Position numbers and translations under genes: made by a program
Notes under the pieces: generated by a model
Database searches by the model: none
What the model was told of the DNA's origin: nothing
The model's input: only the letters and a program-made list of their open reading frames with translations
From: Malacoraja senta
Taxonomy: Eukaryota
Direction: 5' to 3'
Length of the DNA: 64,000 nucleotides
Assembly: GCA_038087875.1 (NCBI GenBank)
Contig: JAXLNO010000467.1
Location: 62,001 to 126,000 of the forward strand
Shown here: positions 25,022 through 36,580 of the stretch, piece by piece
Numbering within the stretch: position 1 is the stretch's first letter
Layout: every line of letters begins with the position of its first letter

Positions 25022-26504
25022 ATGTCCGGGGTGGCTGATTTGAGTGGCCAGTGCCAGTTATTGAAGTGGCCAGTGCCAGTTATTATAGTGTCCGTGCCAA
25101 GCCGCAGAATCAGGTGACTGTGAGTACAGAGTGGCTGTTTAGCAGCCTCACAGCATATGGCAGGAAGCTGTTTAGCAGTCTTGTAGTCCGGGCTTTGATG
25201 CTGCGATATCTCTTGCCTGATGGCAGGAGATCCAGGTGTATGTGGAGGGGGTGCATTTTGTCCTTGGCAATTTTGGGGGCTTTTTTCCGACAGCGGTTCA
25301 GGAACAGTTCTTGTACCGATGGTAGGGAGACGCCAATGATCTTCTCTGCTCCCCTCACTACCCTCTGCAGAGCCTTCCTGTCCGAGCAGTTGCAGGTTGA
25401 GTACCACGTATTTATGCAGTACGTGAGTACAGACTCCACCGTACCTCTGTAGAAAGTCCTGAGGATGTTGGTGGGGAATGAGGCCCGTTTTAGTTTCCTC
25501 AGGAAGTGCAGTCGCTGATGGGCCCTTTTGACGGTCCCAGTGGTGTTTCTGGACTAAGTGAGGCATAACTGGGGTCCCAGCACTGAGCCTTGCGGCAACC
25601 CACTAGTCACTGCCTGCCATTCTGAAAAGGGCCCATTAATTCCTACTCTTTGCTTCCTGTCTGCCAACCAGATCTCTATTCATGTCAATACCATTCCCCC
25701 AATACCATGTGCTCTAATTTTGCGCACTACTCTCTTGTGAGGGACTTGTCAAAAGCTTTTTGAAAGCCCAAATACACCACTTCCACTGGCTCTCTCTTAT
25801 CCATTCTACTGTCACCTGTCACTGCTTTCCATATGCGCTGCTATTACTTCTTTAATAATCGACTCAAGCATCTTCCCCACTAACGATGGCAGGCTAACTA
25901 GTCTATAATTCCCTGTTTTCTCACTCCCTCCTTTCTTAAAAAGTTGGTTTACATTAGCTACCCTCCAGTCCACAGGAACTGATCCAAAGTCTGTAGAACA
26001 TTGGACAATGATCACCAATGCATCCACGATTTCTAGTGCCACCTCCTTGTGTACTCTGGGATGCAGACCATCAGGCCGTCGTGATTATCTGCTTTCAGTT
26101 CCAACAGTTTACCCAACACAATTTCATGACTAATGTGAATTTCCTTCAGTTCCTCCGTCACGCTAGATCAGGGGTCGGCAACCCAGGCCGATTGCGGCCC
26201 GTAACCAGAAATCATGCGGCCTGTCGAGCGCCCGACCAGCGACCGAGCGCCCCGAGCAGAGGCCGAGCGCCCCGAGCAGAGGCCGAGCGCCCCGAGCAGC
26301 AGCGCCCCGAGCAGTGACCGAGCGCCCCGAGCAGCAGCGCCCCGAGCAGTGGCCGAGCGCCCCGAGCAGTGGCCGAGTGCCCCGAACAGTGGCTGAGCGC
26401 CCCGAGCAGCAGCGCCCCGAGCAGAGGCCGAGCGCCCCGAGCAGCAGCGCCCCGAGCAGCGACCGAGCGCCCCGAGCAGCAGTGCCCCGAGCAACGGCCA
26501 AGCA
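25021..26504 (+). repeat. Direct repeat copy 2
   Basis: Starts immediately after the L1 poly(A). Same ORF set as copy 1. Confidence 0.95.
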
Positions 26505-26825
26505 TCGCGAGCATCTGTGCCTCGAGCGCGGCCGAGGTCAGGAGGTTGTACCGCATCCTGCGCAAAGCCGCCAGCACGGCCGCGCACCTTCTGTGAACCC
26601 GTTGAAGGAAGAACTGCCTATGCTGGAAAAATCGAAGGTAGAGAAAAATACTTGCATGTCTCACCCGCTGAGTTTCTCCAGCATTTCTGTCTACATTCTG
26701 TGAACACGTGATTTGATGCCTGCCATCCGGGGCGGGATCCATGTGTACACGTGATAGATGTGGCCTGCCATCCGCTCACAGACATGCGTCCCGGCCCCTA
26801 TGCAGAACAAGGTTGCCGACCCCTG
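26169..26825. mobile_element. Non-autonomous hAT (Charlie-like) transposon with an internal GC-rich minisatellite; left half duplicated at 23456..23791
   Basis: 15-bp TIRs CAGGGGTCGGCAACC / GGTTGCCGACCCCTG. 8-bp TSD CGCTAGAT at 26161-26168 and 26826-26833. Confidence 0.93.
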
Positions 26826-28794
26826 CGCTAGATCCTCGGTCCCCATGTATTTCTGGAAGATACTGGTCTGCCATTTCCCTGTTTCCCATTATAAATTCAT
26901 CTGTTTCTGACTGTAAGAGACCTACATTTGTCTTCACTAACCTCTTCCTCTTCACATATCTAAAGAAGCATTTACAATCAGTTTTTGTATTCCCCGCAAG
27001 CTTTCTTTCATGCTCTACTTTCCCCCTATTAATTAACCCATTTGTCCTCCTCTGTTGAATTCTAAATTTCTCCCAGCCCTCCAGTTTCCTGCTTCCTCTG
27101 GCCAATTTATATGCCTCTTCCTTGGATTTATCCCTAATTTCCCTCGTTAGTCACGGTTGAGCCGCCTTCCCTGTTTTAATTTTACGCCAGACAGGGATGA
27201 CCAATTGTTGTAATTCATCCATGTGATCTTTACATCTTTGCCATTGCATATCCACCGTCAACCCTTTAAGTATTATTTGCCAGTCTAACCCAGCCAATTC
27301 CAGTCTCATGCCATCAAAGTTAACTTTCTTTAATTTCAGGACCATTGTCACTGAATTAACTGTGTTACTCTCCATCTTAATGCAGAATTCTACCATATTA
27401 TGGTCACTGTTGCCCAAGAAGCTTCGCACAAGATTGCTAACTAATTCTTCCTCATGGCACAAAGTCCAGTCTAGGATGGCCTGCCCACTAGTTGGTTCCT
27501 CTACATATTGGCTAGAATGTTTCCGATCTGAAACGTCACTTATCCTTTTTCTGCAGAGATGCTGGCTGAGCCGCTGACGGCCCCAGCACCTTGTGTCTAT
27601 TGTTGGTTCTCCTTGTACATGGTTTACTAAAGGCTGAAATGCAGGCACAGCAATTAATTGGGCCAGCTAGATGTGTTTTTGCAATGGAAATTGTATTCGT
27701 AACTGGGGTGGTTATGCTTCAGGGTTTGATGAAAGAAAGAAGACCAGAGAAGAACACATCTGGAGTATGTATTGGTCAACCATTTAATGAAGGATGAAAA
27801 GTAGTTGAGAGATTACTAGATTAGCAGCTGTAATGTATGACATTGTCCCAATAGGAAATGAGGCACAGACTCAGTTTCATACTGCTAGCCTTCATTTTGG
27901 TGGTGACATGATTGAAACATTAAAGATGTTCAGTGTCCTTAACAGGGTTGATCTTGAAAGGATATTACTCCTTGTGAATAAATCTAGAACTAGGAGTCCA
28001 TCTATAAAAATAAGGGTTTGCCCATGTAAAATATGAACAAGATATTTTTTTCCTTCAGTGTGATTACATAGAACAGTACAGCACATGAACAGGTCTATGC
28101 TGTGCTGAAAATCATGCCCAGATCTGGCTGCACATAATCCACATCCCTCCATGTCCTGAGTTTCCATGTGCCTATCCAAAACGCTCTTAAATGCCACTAT
28201 CGTATCTACTTCCACCACCACCACTAGCAGCGTGTTGCAGGCATTCCATGACCTCTGTGTACAAACTTGCTCCACACATCTTTAAACTTTGCCCCTTTCA
28301 CCTTAAAGCTATACCCTCTAGTATTTGGTATATTTCATCCTGGGAAACAGGTTCTGTCAACCTTATCTTTGCTTCCCATCATTTTACATACTTCTATCAG
28401 GTCACCTTGCAACCTCTGGCATTCCAGAGGAAAAAAATCCAAGCCTGTCCAACCTTTCCTGTTGCTAAAACCCACTAAGCCAGAGCAAAATGCTGGAGAA
28501 ACTCAGCGGGTGAGGCAGCATCTATGGAGGGAAGGAAATAGGCAACTTTTCGGGTCGAGACTCTTCTTCTGACTAAGAAGCCAGGCATCGTTTTCGTAAA
28601 CACAAAATGCTGCAGTAACTCTGCGGGTCAGGCAGCATCATGATGCCGAGTTACTCCAGCATCTTGTGTCTATCTTTGGCATAAAAAAGCACCTGCAGTT
28701 CCTTATTACCATATCATTCTGGTAAACCTCCTGCACCCTTTCCAAATCCTCCACATGGTTTCTGTAATGGGACAACCAGAACTGCTGCAATGCT

Positions 28795-29050
28795 TCACAC
28801 CGATCATCGATCACCGTTTATCCCAGGTTCATATCCGAGACACTAGATAAATTTATAGAAGCCAATTAACCTGCAAACCTGCCTGTCTTTAGAATGTGGG
28901 AGGAAACTGGAGCACCCGGAGAAAACTCACGGCAGTCACACGGAGAACGTACAATCTCCCTACAGACTGCACCTGTAGCCACGAACAAACGGGGTCTCTG
29001 GTGCTGGACTCGGTGGGCCAAATGGCCAGTTTCCGCACTGTATCTCTAAA
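28795..29050 (-). mobile_element. V-SINE fragments
   Basis: AATTTATAGAAGCCAATTAACCTGCAAACC...GGAGAACGTACAATCTCCCTACAGAC, the same family as the element at 11043. Confidence 0.6.
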
Positions 29051-29078
29051 GTCTTTGTGCCACTCTGGAATTCACAGA

Positions 29079-29598
29079 TGAAAAAGTTCACTTAAAAGAT
29101 AGACAAAGTACAAATTCTTAAGACCATACAAAGCTTTAATTTAACGTCTGACGGGTGTGAACTGAGAGACCCAGAGGCAACAGGTTCTCACGTCTGAATC
29201 TCCAGCAGCACACACAAAGAAATACCAGAACACCGAAGCTTATATACGTACCGATATAAAACCAATTGCATGATGTACTGACACAAAAACCATCATCCAC
29301 GTCCAAATATGGAGTTGTTTTTCACTCTTTGCCAAAAGCCAAAAGCCAGTTACCCCAATGGAATCCTCTGGGCCCCTTATCTGATTAACCTCTTCAACTT
29401 ATCTAAAAAACTTGTAAAAGAGCGGCGAACTATTCAACTTACATAAAAAAGCTTGCAAGAGAGCTGTGAACTTTTCAACTTAAAGGGAAAAAACCTGGCA
29501 TGATAGGAGTTGTCCAAATCCCGTCATGCATTACAATTGGCCTTTTACAACAGGAAAGTTTAAATATGACAACAATCAATTAATAACTAACTCTTTCA
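29079..29598 (-). repeat. ERV 3' LTR (520 bp), preceded by PPT GAAAAAAGGGAGGAA (29599-29613)
   Basis: Direct repeat of 35142..35639. The minus strand has TATATAAG and ATTAAA signals. Confidence 0.93.
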
Positions 29599-29627
29599 TT
29601 CCTCCCTTTTTTCATATAATGATAACA

Positions 29628-30799
29628 CTACAGTCCTTGGTTAGTACATAGTAAAGGCTTCAGACATTTCAGTACATAGATTAAGATAATGATCAGTAGT
29701 ACAATAGATCCATAATGTATTACCATTCCCCATATTCCTCCAAACATACTAAAAGGCCACCATTTTACACCTTTATTAAAGTTATGCATTTCCTCCCCTA
29801 CCTCTGTAATCTTCTTTATTTCTGCATTAATATGTGCTGCTAAATCTGTAATATTAGAAGATTCATCAGGGATGTAAGTACAGCATTCACACCTCATAAT
29901 ACCACAAGTACCCCCTATTATCCTACAGGGATATATATGACAAAGTGCATCCATTTCAGCCATAATGGATGAAAGGGCCTTTTACTTGTAGGTAAAGATG
30001 TCCACCATTTAATTAAACAATTTCTCCAATCTAGGGGACATATTAATCAATTCCCGTGATAGACAGGCTGTCCCATACAGTGGGAAAGCAATCATCCAGA
30101 AATGCTCTGACTCTGATAGACTTCACTTAGCCCTCATCGGAAATATACAATTCAATTTAGATGTTACACAGTTCTCACGTGAGAGACAACAAAGGCCAAA
30201 TAACAACATCCCCTTCAGTTGTAGGTTGACCTAATCAACCTTTCCCATTTCTTCTCATCCCCAGGTGCATACCAGGTAACCATGGATATGCCCAAAATCC
30301 ACATACAAAATACGTCCCATTTATTGGACTCAGCGGCCATTAGCACTAACCTTGGTGCAGGTGCTGTTCCTCAAGTATACTCCATTGCTTCTTCTGTCAC
30401 AATAACAGGTAGTATTAACTGGGCTCTGGGGCAATACACTAATTTAAGCCATGGTGTTTCCCAAACCCTGATCTCATTTACCTTCCATCCTGTCATAAAA
30501 GAGGCCACATACCATTCTTCAAATATGGGTCCTTGACTTTGCCATTCTGAAGGTACCCATTAGTTGCTTTTTTATTGTGAAAACAGTAAATAGTAAAGGC
30601 CAGAATCTCAGTAAGGTTAAGTGGTATTGTTACGAGGGGTATTCCTTCTCCACCATTATATGGGATGAGCGTACACAACCAGCATACATTTATTATTACG
30701 AAGGGCAAATTCAAAACTCATAAACAAAAACAGATTATTTCACCAAGTCCAGTCCAGATGGGCCAACCCCAGAATATAAATGAGGGTCAATAGCCCCAT
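29628..30799 (-). pseudogene. env: Retroviral env remnant
   Basis: Signal-like MGLLTLIYILGLA, SU motif CWLC, furin site RAK* (probably CGA>TGA), fusion-peptide-like FWMIAFPLYG, TM CX6CC (CGIMRCECC) followed by TYIPD, and membrane span IVLLIIILIYVL. Several stops and frameshifts. Confidence 0.88.
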
Positions 30800-31359
30800 T
30801 GTCCTTTTTCTGTTCTCCGAACTATTTAAAGTCAATCAGATGAATCCAACGCGGTGATCTTCAATCTTCTTGGCGTTTGATGTTGTTCATACCACTTGGT
30901 ACAGTTCTGTTCAACACAGTTTTAATTCCTTCCGTCCCAATGCCTTATCAGTATGTAGTCTGACAGTATGAACTCGTCCCTGTGTTCAACTGGTAGTGGT
31001 ATCTGCACTTCTTGTACCTTAGAATGCAGACCTGGCAAGGCATCGGTTAATTGCTGTGTATAATAATTAGTTAATCACTGAGGGCCTGTAGGTGAAACTT
31101 CCACACGTGAGTCGCACCACCAGTGGGTACGTAGCCTGTGGTCACCCTCAGTCCATAGCATCCTTCCCACAACTCGCAGTCACCCAGCCCTGCGTCACCT
31201 GCAAATCTGCCAATGCCACCATCACATTGCATTACATCGGCATACTCAGTTTCTCGCAGATCTGATGGCTATCAATGTCCCAAAATAGGCGGAAAATAGC
31301 GACATGTCCATCGCAATCTATCCTAGAAAGGGATTTCTTAAAAGAAAGAAGTTAACATT

Positions 31360-31700
31360 TTATCTTTTTGGCACCATACTGACAATCTTACAGTGGTGAA
31401 AGTGAACCCACGCATGTCTCCCCTCCACCTTTTCGGCGGTAGGGGTTGTTAGAAGGACCTGGTAATGCCCTTCCCACCGAATGTCCCGAATCTTCCTCAT
31501 CCAATTCCTGATTATTACACAAGTACCAGGTTCAATTTTAGACATAGTGGTTCTATTGTACATCCTTCAATGCCCTGGTTAACGATAAAATATAATTAGT
31601 CATTTCCATTGTCATGTGATGAAAGTGAACAGACTTTGGAGCATTCTGGTTCCATGTTGCCCCCAGTGGATGGTCATATAAAATCTCTGCTGAATTCCTT
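31360..31700 (-). pseudogene. pol: Retroviral integrase C-terminal remnant
   Basis: SAEILYDHP..TNYILSLTRALK/IEPGTCVIIRNW..RWEGHYQVLLTTPTAEKVEGRHAWVHFHHCK (GPY/F-type module). Confidence 0.88.
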
Positions 31701-33099
31701 TTATTGTCATTCAAACAATTCAAACAAACAAAAGTTTGAACAGATTTTCGTTCCCTGTAGTCATAACAGCAAAAACAAAACACACAGTTCCACACAACAT
31801 CCAGCACAGTGAATCTCCAAACATCTCCTTACTGTGATGGAACGCAAAAGTCCTATCTCTCTCTCCCTTCTTATCTGTTCCACTGGAGAAAGCCTGTCCC
31901 AAGAGAAATACAAGCAACATGATCTTGTGAAGTATCTCAGCAAGCAATGTAATATCAATTAGCTCTTTCATGCCTTGTGTTTCATTTTGGCCAAAAATGT
32001 CACACAAAACAATTCAATTCTCACAACACAAAATTTGCACATCAAAATAAAGTCCACAATAGACCTACACAAAACTCAGTATTTAGAACCACAGAAGTTA
32101 ACAATGTAAAAAAAGTATTTGATTTAAATACTCCAAATCTGAAGAATCTGAGTGTGCCCCTTTAATTGAAAGCACTGAACCGCATCGAAATTCTCAGTGG
32201 AATCCTTATCAGTAGAGAAAAAAACACTGTAAAAACAGTCAAACTGCTGCTTGGAGGTGACCAATGTTAAAGCCCCCAGACATTGCCACGTGTTAAAGGG
32301 ACATACACAACTATTGTTTCAAACACAAAGCTCTTTAAACATTTATAACAAATAACACATTTGCATATTTTTCTCTTAAGTCATGATCCAAAAACACACT
32401 CCACATGGCTTCAAAGTGTAACACAGGTACCAAAGACTTCAAATCTGATTCGTTTTTTATCATAGCAACATGAATTAAAAAAAACCTATTTACACCAAGG
32501 GACCCCATGCATTTCAGTCTCTTAAAGGAACCCATACACATACACAAAAGAATGTACAAAAGCCATTTACAAAAGCAGTTCATACTATATTTACTTCAAA
32601 TACGTCTCTTTGTAATCTACTTTCCCTTTTTCTGACAAAAACCCTTTTTTTTCACCAAAAACTTGGTTTCAAAAAATTTACAAGAAAGATTTTACAAGCT
32701 GCTGTTTTTTTATTAGCTCTGGGAGGACTGAGGTCACAATTGTGGTTATAAAGTCTTTTAATTGTGAAAGCTTTCTTGTTGAAACAAGAAAATTGAGTTG
32801 GAAATAAAACCCGTTACAGCATTTTCCTTCCACCATAAATCTTCACAATGATAGGCAGCAGGGTAGGATGGTCCAATTCCCTGTCAGTCAGGATCCTGGA
32901 CGCTGTGATTGGACATGATCCAGATCGTGATTAGTCTGATTTCCCGTAACTCAAAGTCTGGACACACCCACTGAAGTGGCGACCAATCAGACTCCTATTT
33001 TTCAAAGTCTGACCACACCCAATAAGATATCAAATTCCACAGGCAAAGACCCACATTCTCATCCGAGGCTTAGCAATGCAAGGTTGCCTGCCATTCTGT

Positions 33100-33435
33100 T
33101 GCTCTGTGCCAAAGGCTATTCAAATCTTGAAGGCAGGTTTGTTTTAACTCTCAATGTTGAATTTAATACTGTTTCTCTTCTTCTGCCTCAGTCCATACTC
33201 CCTTCCTTTTCTTCGTCTGCCTTAGTCAGGAAATGTTTAATTCTGTCCGAATTTCCCCGCCAATTTCCCCTATTTTGCTTTGTCAGAAAAAGGGATCCCA
33301 TCACCTTTTCTCATTTCCTAACCATGTGGTCAGCTTGTAACTTAATATTCTAAATTTCATATTATACTTAAAATTCAAATAACACATATGTTCAATGGGG
33401 GTTCCCCCATCACTGTTACCCAGAGCATTCCCCAT
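33100..33435 (-). pseudogene. gag: gag matrix N-terminal remnant
   Basis: MGNALGNSDGGTPIEHM...LTTWL with a myristoylation-type MG start, at the expected position after the leader. Confidence 0.6.
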
Positions 33436-33447
33436 AGATAGATAGAG

Positions 33448-33488
<41 letters not shown>

Positions 33489-33504
33489 AGACTTCGTAAC
33501 TCTT

Positions 33505-34735
33505 TAATATAAATCCCAGGTGTCTCAACTGAGCTGACTCGCTAACCGAGACCCCAGTTTCTCAACCTAGCAGACCTCTTCTTTTTTAATATAAGACCCA
33601 GGTGTCTCAACTGAGCTGACTCGCTAACCGAGACCCCAGTTTCTCAACCTAGCAGACTTCTTCTCTTTTAATATAAGACCCAGGTGTCTCAACTGAGCTG
33701 ACTCGCTAATCGAGACCCCAGTTTCTCAACCTAGCAGACTTCTTCTCTTTTAATATAAGACCCAGGTGTCTCAACTGAGCTGACTCGCTAACCGAGACCC
33801 CAGTTTCTCAACCTAGCAGCCTTCTTTTCTTTTAATATAAGACCCAGGTGTCTCAACTGAGCTGACCTGCTAACCGAGACCCCAGTTTCTCAACCTAGCA
33901 GACTTCTTTTCTTTTAATATAAGACCCAGGTGTCTCAACTGAGCTGACTCGCTAACCGAGACCCCAGTTTCTCAACCTAGCAGACTTCTTCTTTTTTAAT
34001 ATAAGACCCAGGTGTCTCAACTGAGCTGACTCGCTAACCGAGACCCCAGATTCTCAACCTAGCAGACTTCTTTTCTTTTAATATAAGACCCAGGTGTCTC
34101 AACTGAGCTGACTCGCTAACCGAGACCCCAGTTTCTCAACCTAGCAGCCTTCTTTTCTTTTAATATAAGACCCAGGTGCCTCAACTGAGCTGACTCGCTA
34201 ACCGAGACCCCAGTTTCTCAACCTAGCAGACTTCTTTTCTTTTAATATAAGACCCAGGTGTCTCAACTGAGCTGACTCGCTAACCGAGACCCCAGTTTCT
34301 CAACCTAGCAGACTTCTTTTCTTTTAATATAAGACCCAGGTGTCTCAACTGAGCTGACTCGCTAACCGAGACCCCAGTTTCTCAACCTAGCAGACTTCTT
34401 CTTTTTTAATATAAGACCCAGGTGTCTCAACTGAGCTGACTCGCTAACCGAGACCCCAGATTCTCAACCTAGCAGACTTCTTTTCTTTTAATATAAGACC
34501 CAGGTGTCTCAACTGAGCTGACTCGCTAACCGAGACCCCAGTTTCTCAACCTAGCAGACTTCTTTTCTTTTAATATAAGACCCAGGTGCCTCAACTGAGC
34601 TGACTCGCTAACCGAGACCCCAGTTTCTCAACCTAGCAGACTTCTTTTCTTTTAATATAAGACCCAGGTGTCTCAACTGAGCTGACTCGCTAACCGAGAC
34701 CCCAGTTTCTCAACCTAGCAGATTCTTCTCTTTTA
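33505..34735. repeat. 82-bp tandem repeat, ~15 copies, inside the ERV leader
   Basis: Unit TAATATAAGACCCAGGTGTCTCAACTGAGCTGACTCGCTAACCGAGACCCCAGTTTCTCAACCTAGCAGACTTCTTTTCTTT, recurring at 33591, 33673, 33755 and onward. Confidence 0.96.
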
Positions 34736-35122
34736 AAAAACAATGCTGCTTGTCTCACAACCCGATAACTCCTCGGATGTCTCAAAAAGGCAGACAATGG
34801 AGGGAGAGAGAGTGTGAGAAAAAAGAAGATAGACAGAAAAAGAGAGAGAGAGAGAGAAAAACAAAAACCCCAATTCTTTCTTAAAAAATACATACACAAA
34901 ATTCATACGTAAAAATACATACACAATTCACAATTGGTCTTACCTATGTCTATCTCTAAGAACCTCGGCAGGGAACCAACGCAACGTCTGATGAACCTAT
35001 GTTCCCGGGAATGTCGAAGGGTCGATTGCAACGGACCGATTAGAGCTCAGTTTTCTCCCTTGCCAAACCCGGTAACATCAGCAACCTCGAGCTCATTCAG
35101 CTGTTGATGGTGCCCCAGCGAG

Positions 35123-35140
35123 ATCTGCGCGACTACGCCA
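35123..35140 (-). promoter_or_regulatory. ERV primer-binding site, tRNA-Ser
   Basis: TGGCGTAGTCGCGCAGAT versus the complement of the vertebrate tRNA-Ser 3' end, TGGCGTAGTCGGCAGGAT; the first 11 nt are identical. Candidate major splice donor AG|GTAAG at ~34945-34939. Confidence 0.8.
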
Positions 35141-35141
35141 A

Positions 35142-35639
35142 TGACAAAGTTCACTTAAAAGATAGACAAAGTACAAATTCTTAAGACCATTCAAAGCTTT
35201 AATTTAACGTCTGACGGGTGTGAACTGAGAGACCCAGAGGCAACAGGTTCTCACGTCTGAATCTCCAGCAGCACACACAAAGAAATACCAGAACACCGGA
35301 GCTTATATACGTACCGATATAAAACCAATTGCATGATGTACTGACACAAAAACCATCATCCACCACCAAAAATGGAGTTGTTTTTCACTCTTTGCCAAAA
35401 GCCAGTTACCCCAATGGAATCCTCTGGGCCCCTTGTTATCTGATTAACCTCTTCAACTTATCTAAAAAACTTGTAAAAGAGCGGCGAACTATTCAACTTA
35501 CATAAAAAAGCTTTTCAACTTAAAGGGAAAAAAACCTGGCATGATAGGAGTTGTCCAAATCCCATCATGCATTACAATTGGCCTTTTACAATAGGAAAGT
35601 TTAAATATGACAACAAGCAATTAATAACTAACTCTTTCA
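35142..35639 (-). repeat. ERV 5' LTR (498 bp)
   Basis: Direct repeat of 29079..29598 with a few substitutions and indels. Confidence 0.93.
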
Positions 35640-36299
35640 CAGAGGCCAAATATTCCACACACCTGTACACCTTTGGATGTGAGAGGACACCTGTGCGACA
35701 ACACTCCACTCAGACAGTGCCCAAGGTCAGGATCAAACCCAGATCTCTAATACTGTGAGGCAGCAGCTTGATCAACTGCACCACACAGTGGAAGCAAAGT
35801 CTCAACGGCACTTCAATAAAGGGGTAAAAAGTTATTGGCATAGGCAGGAATGTGGAATTAGGCTTACAATCACATCAGCCATGATCGTCGAATTGAATCG
35901 AGTTTATTGTCATATGCACAAGAATAGTGAGGTATAGCTTGAATCACTTAGACAGACAACACACAAAATTATAAATCAAAGACAATCTACACATAAATTC
36001 TACACAACAGTTAAATAAAGCAAACAACTGCATAAAAAACAAGGCATTAATGCAAAACACAATTTGAAAAACAACTCCATGGTAGCACATTTATTGTCTG
36101 TAGTCTTCCATTGTGGAGGTCTGATTAGGTCAGTTCAAGAACGTGATGGTTATAGGAAAGTAGGTGTTCCTGAACCTACTGGTGTGGGACTTCAGGCACC
36201 TGTACCTCTTGCCCAATGGTATTTTGTAAGTAGCTGTTCCTGAACCTACTGGTGTGGGACTTCAGGCACCTGTACCTCCTGCCCGATGGTAGCACCTTT

Positions 36300-36580
36300 T
36301 TGATTTGAGAATTAAGGGACAGAAGTTTAGGGGTAACATGAGGGGGAACTTCTTTACTCAGAGAGTGGTAGCTGTGTGGAACCAGCTTCCAGTGGAAGTG
36401 GGGGAGGCAGGTTCGATTTTATCATTTAAAAATAAATTGGATAGGTATATGGACGGGGAAGGAATGGAGCGTTATGGTCTGAGTGCAGGTAGATGGGACT
36501 AGGTGAGAGGAAGTGTTCGGCACGGACTAGAAGGGCCGAGATGGCTTATTTCCGTGCTGTAATTGTTATATGGTTATATG
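36300..36580 (+). mobile_element. CR1 3' fragment (same subfamily as 42313..43865)
   Basis: RIKGQKFRGNMRGNFFTQRVVAVWN followed by a (TTATATGG)n tail. Confidence 0.85.

Larger units (their letters stand above)
21195..27510 (-). mobile_element. CR1 LINE hosting nested Rex1/Babar, hAT and L1 insertions
   Basis: 3' tail (AACATAGA)n at 21195. RT fragments continue to the EN-region motif GNSDHNMVEF at ~27400. The element is collinear once the inserts are removed. Confidence 0.88.
29079..35639 (-). mobile_element. Class I (gamma/epsilon-like) endogenous retrovirus, internally deleted and non-autonomous
   Basis: Paired TG..CA LTRs, 4-bp TSD CAGA (29075-29078 and 35640-35643), PBS, PPT, and remnants of gag, integrase and env. 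Confidence 0.93.

Noticed and set aside
33505..34735. CRISPR-like array
   Set aside because: Units are identical end to end, with no unique spacers and no cas genes. The context is a eukaryotic ERV.
36160..36292. 70-bp tandem duplication
   Set aside because: A small local duplication inside an old LINE fragment with no sign of function.
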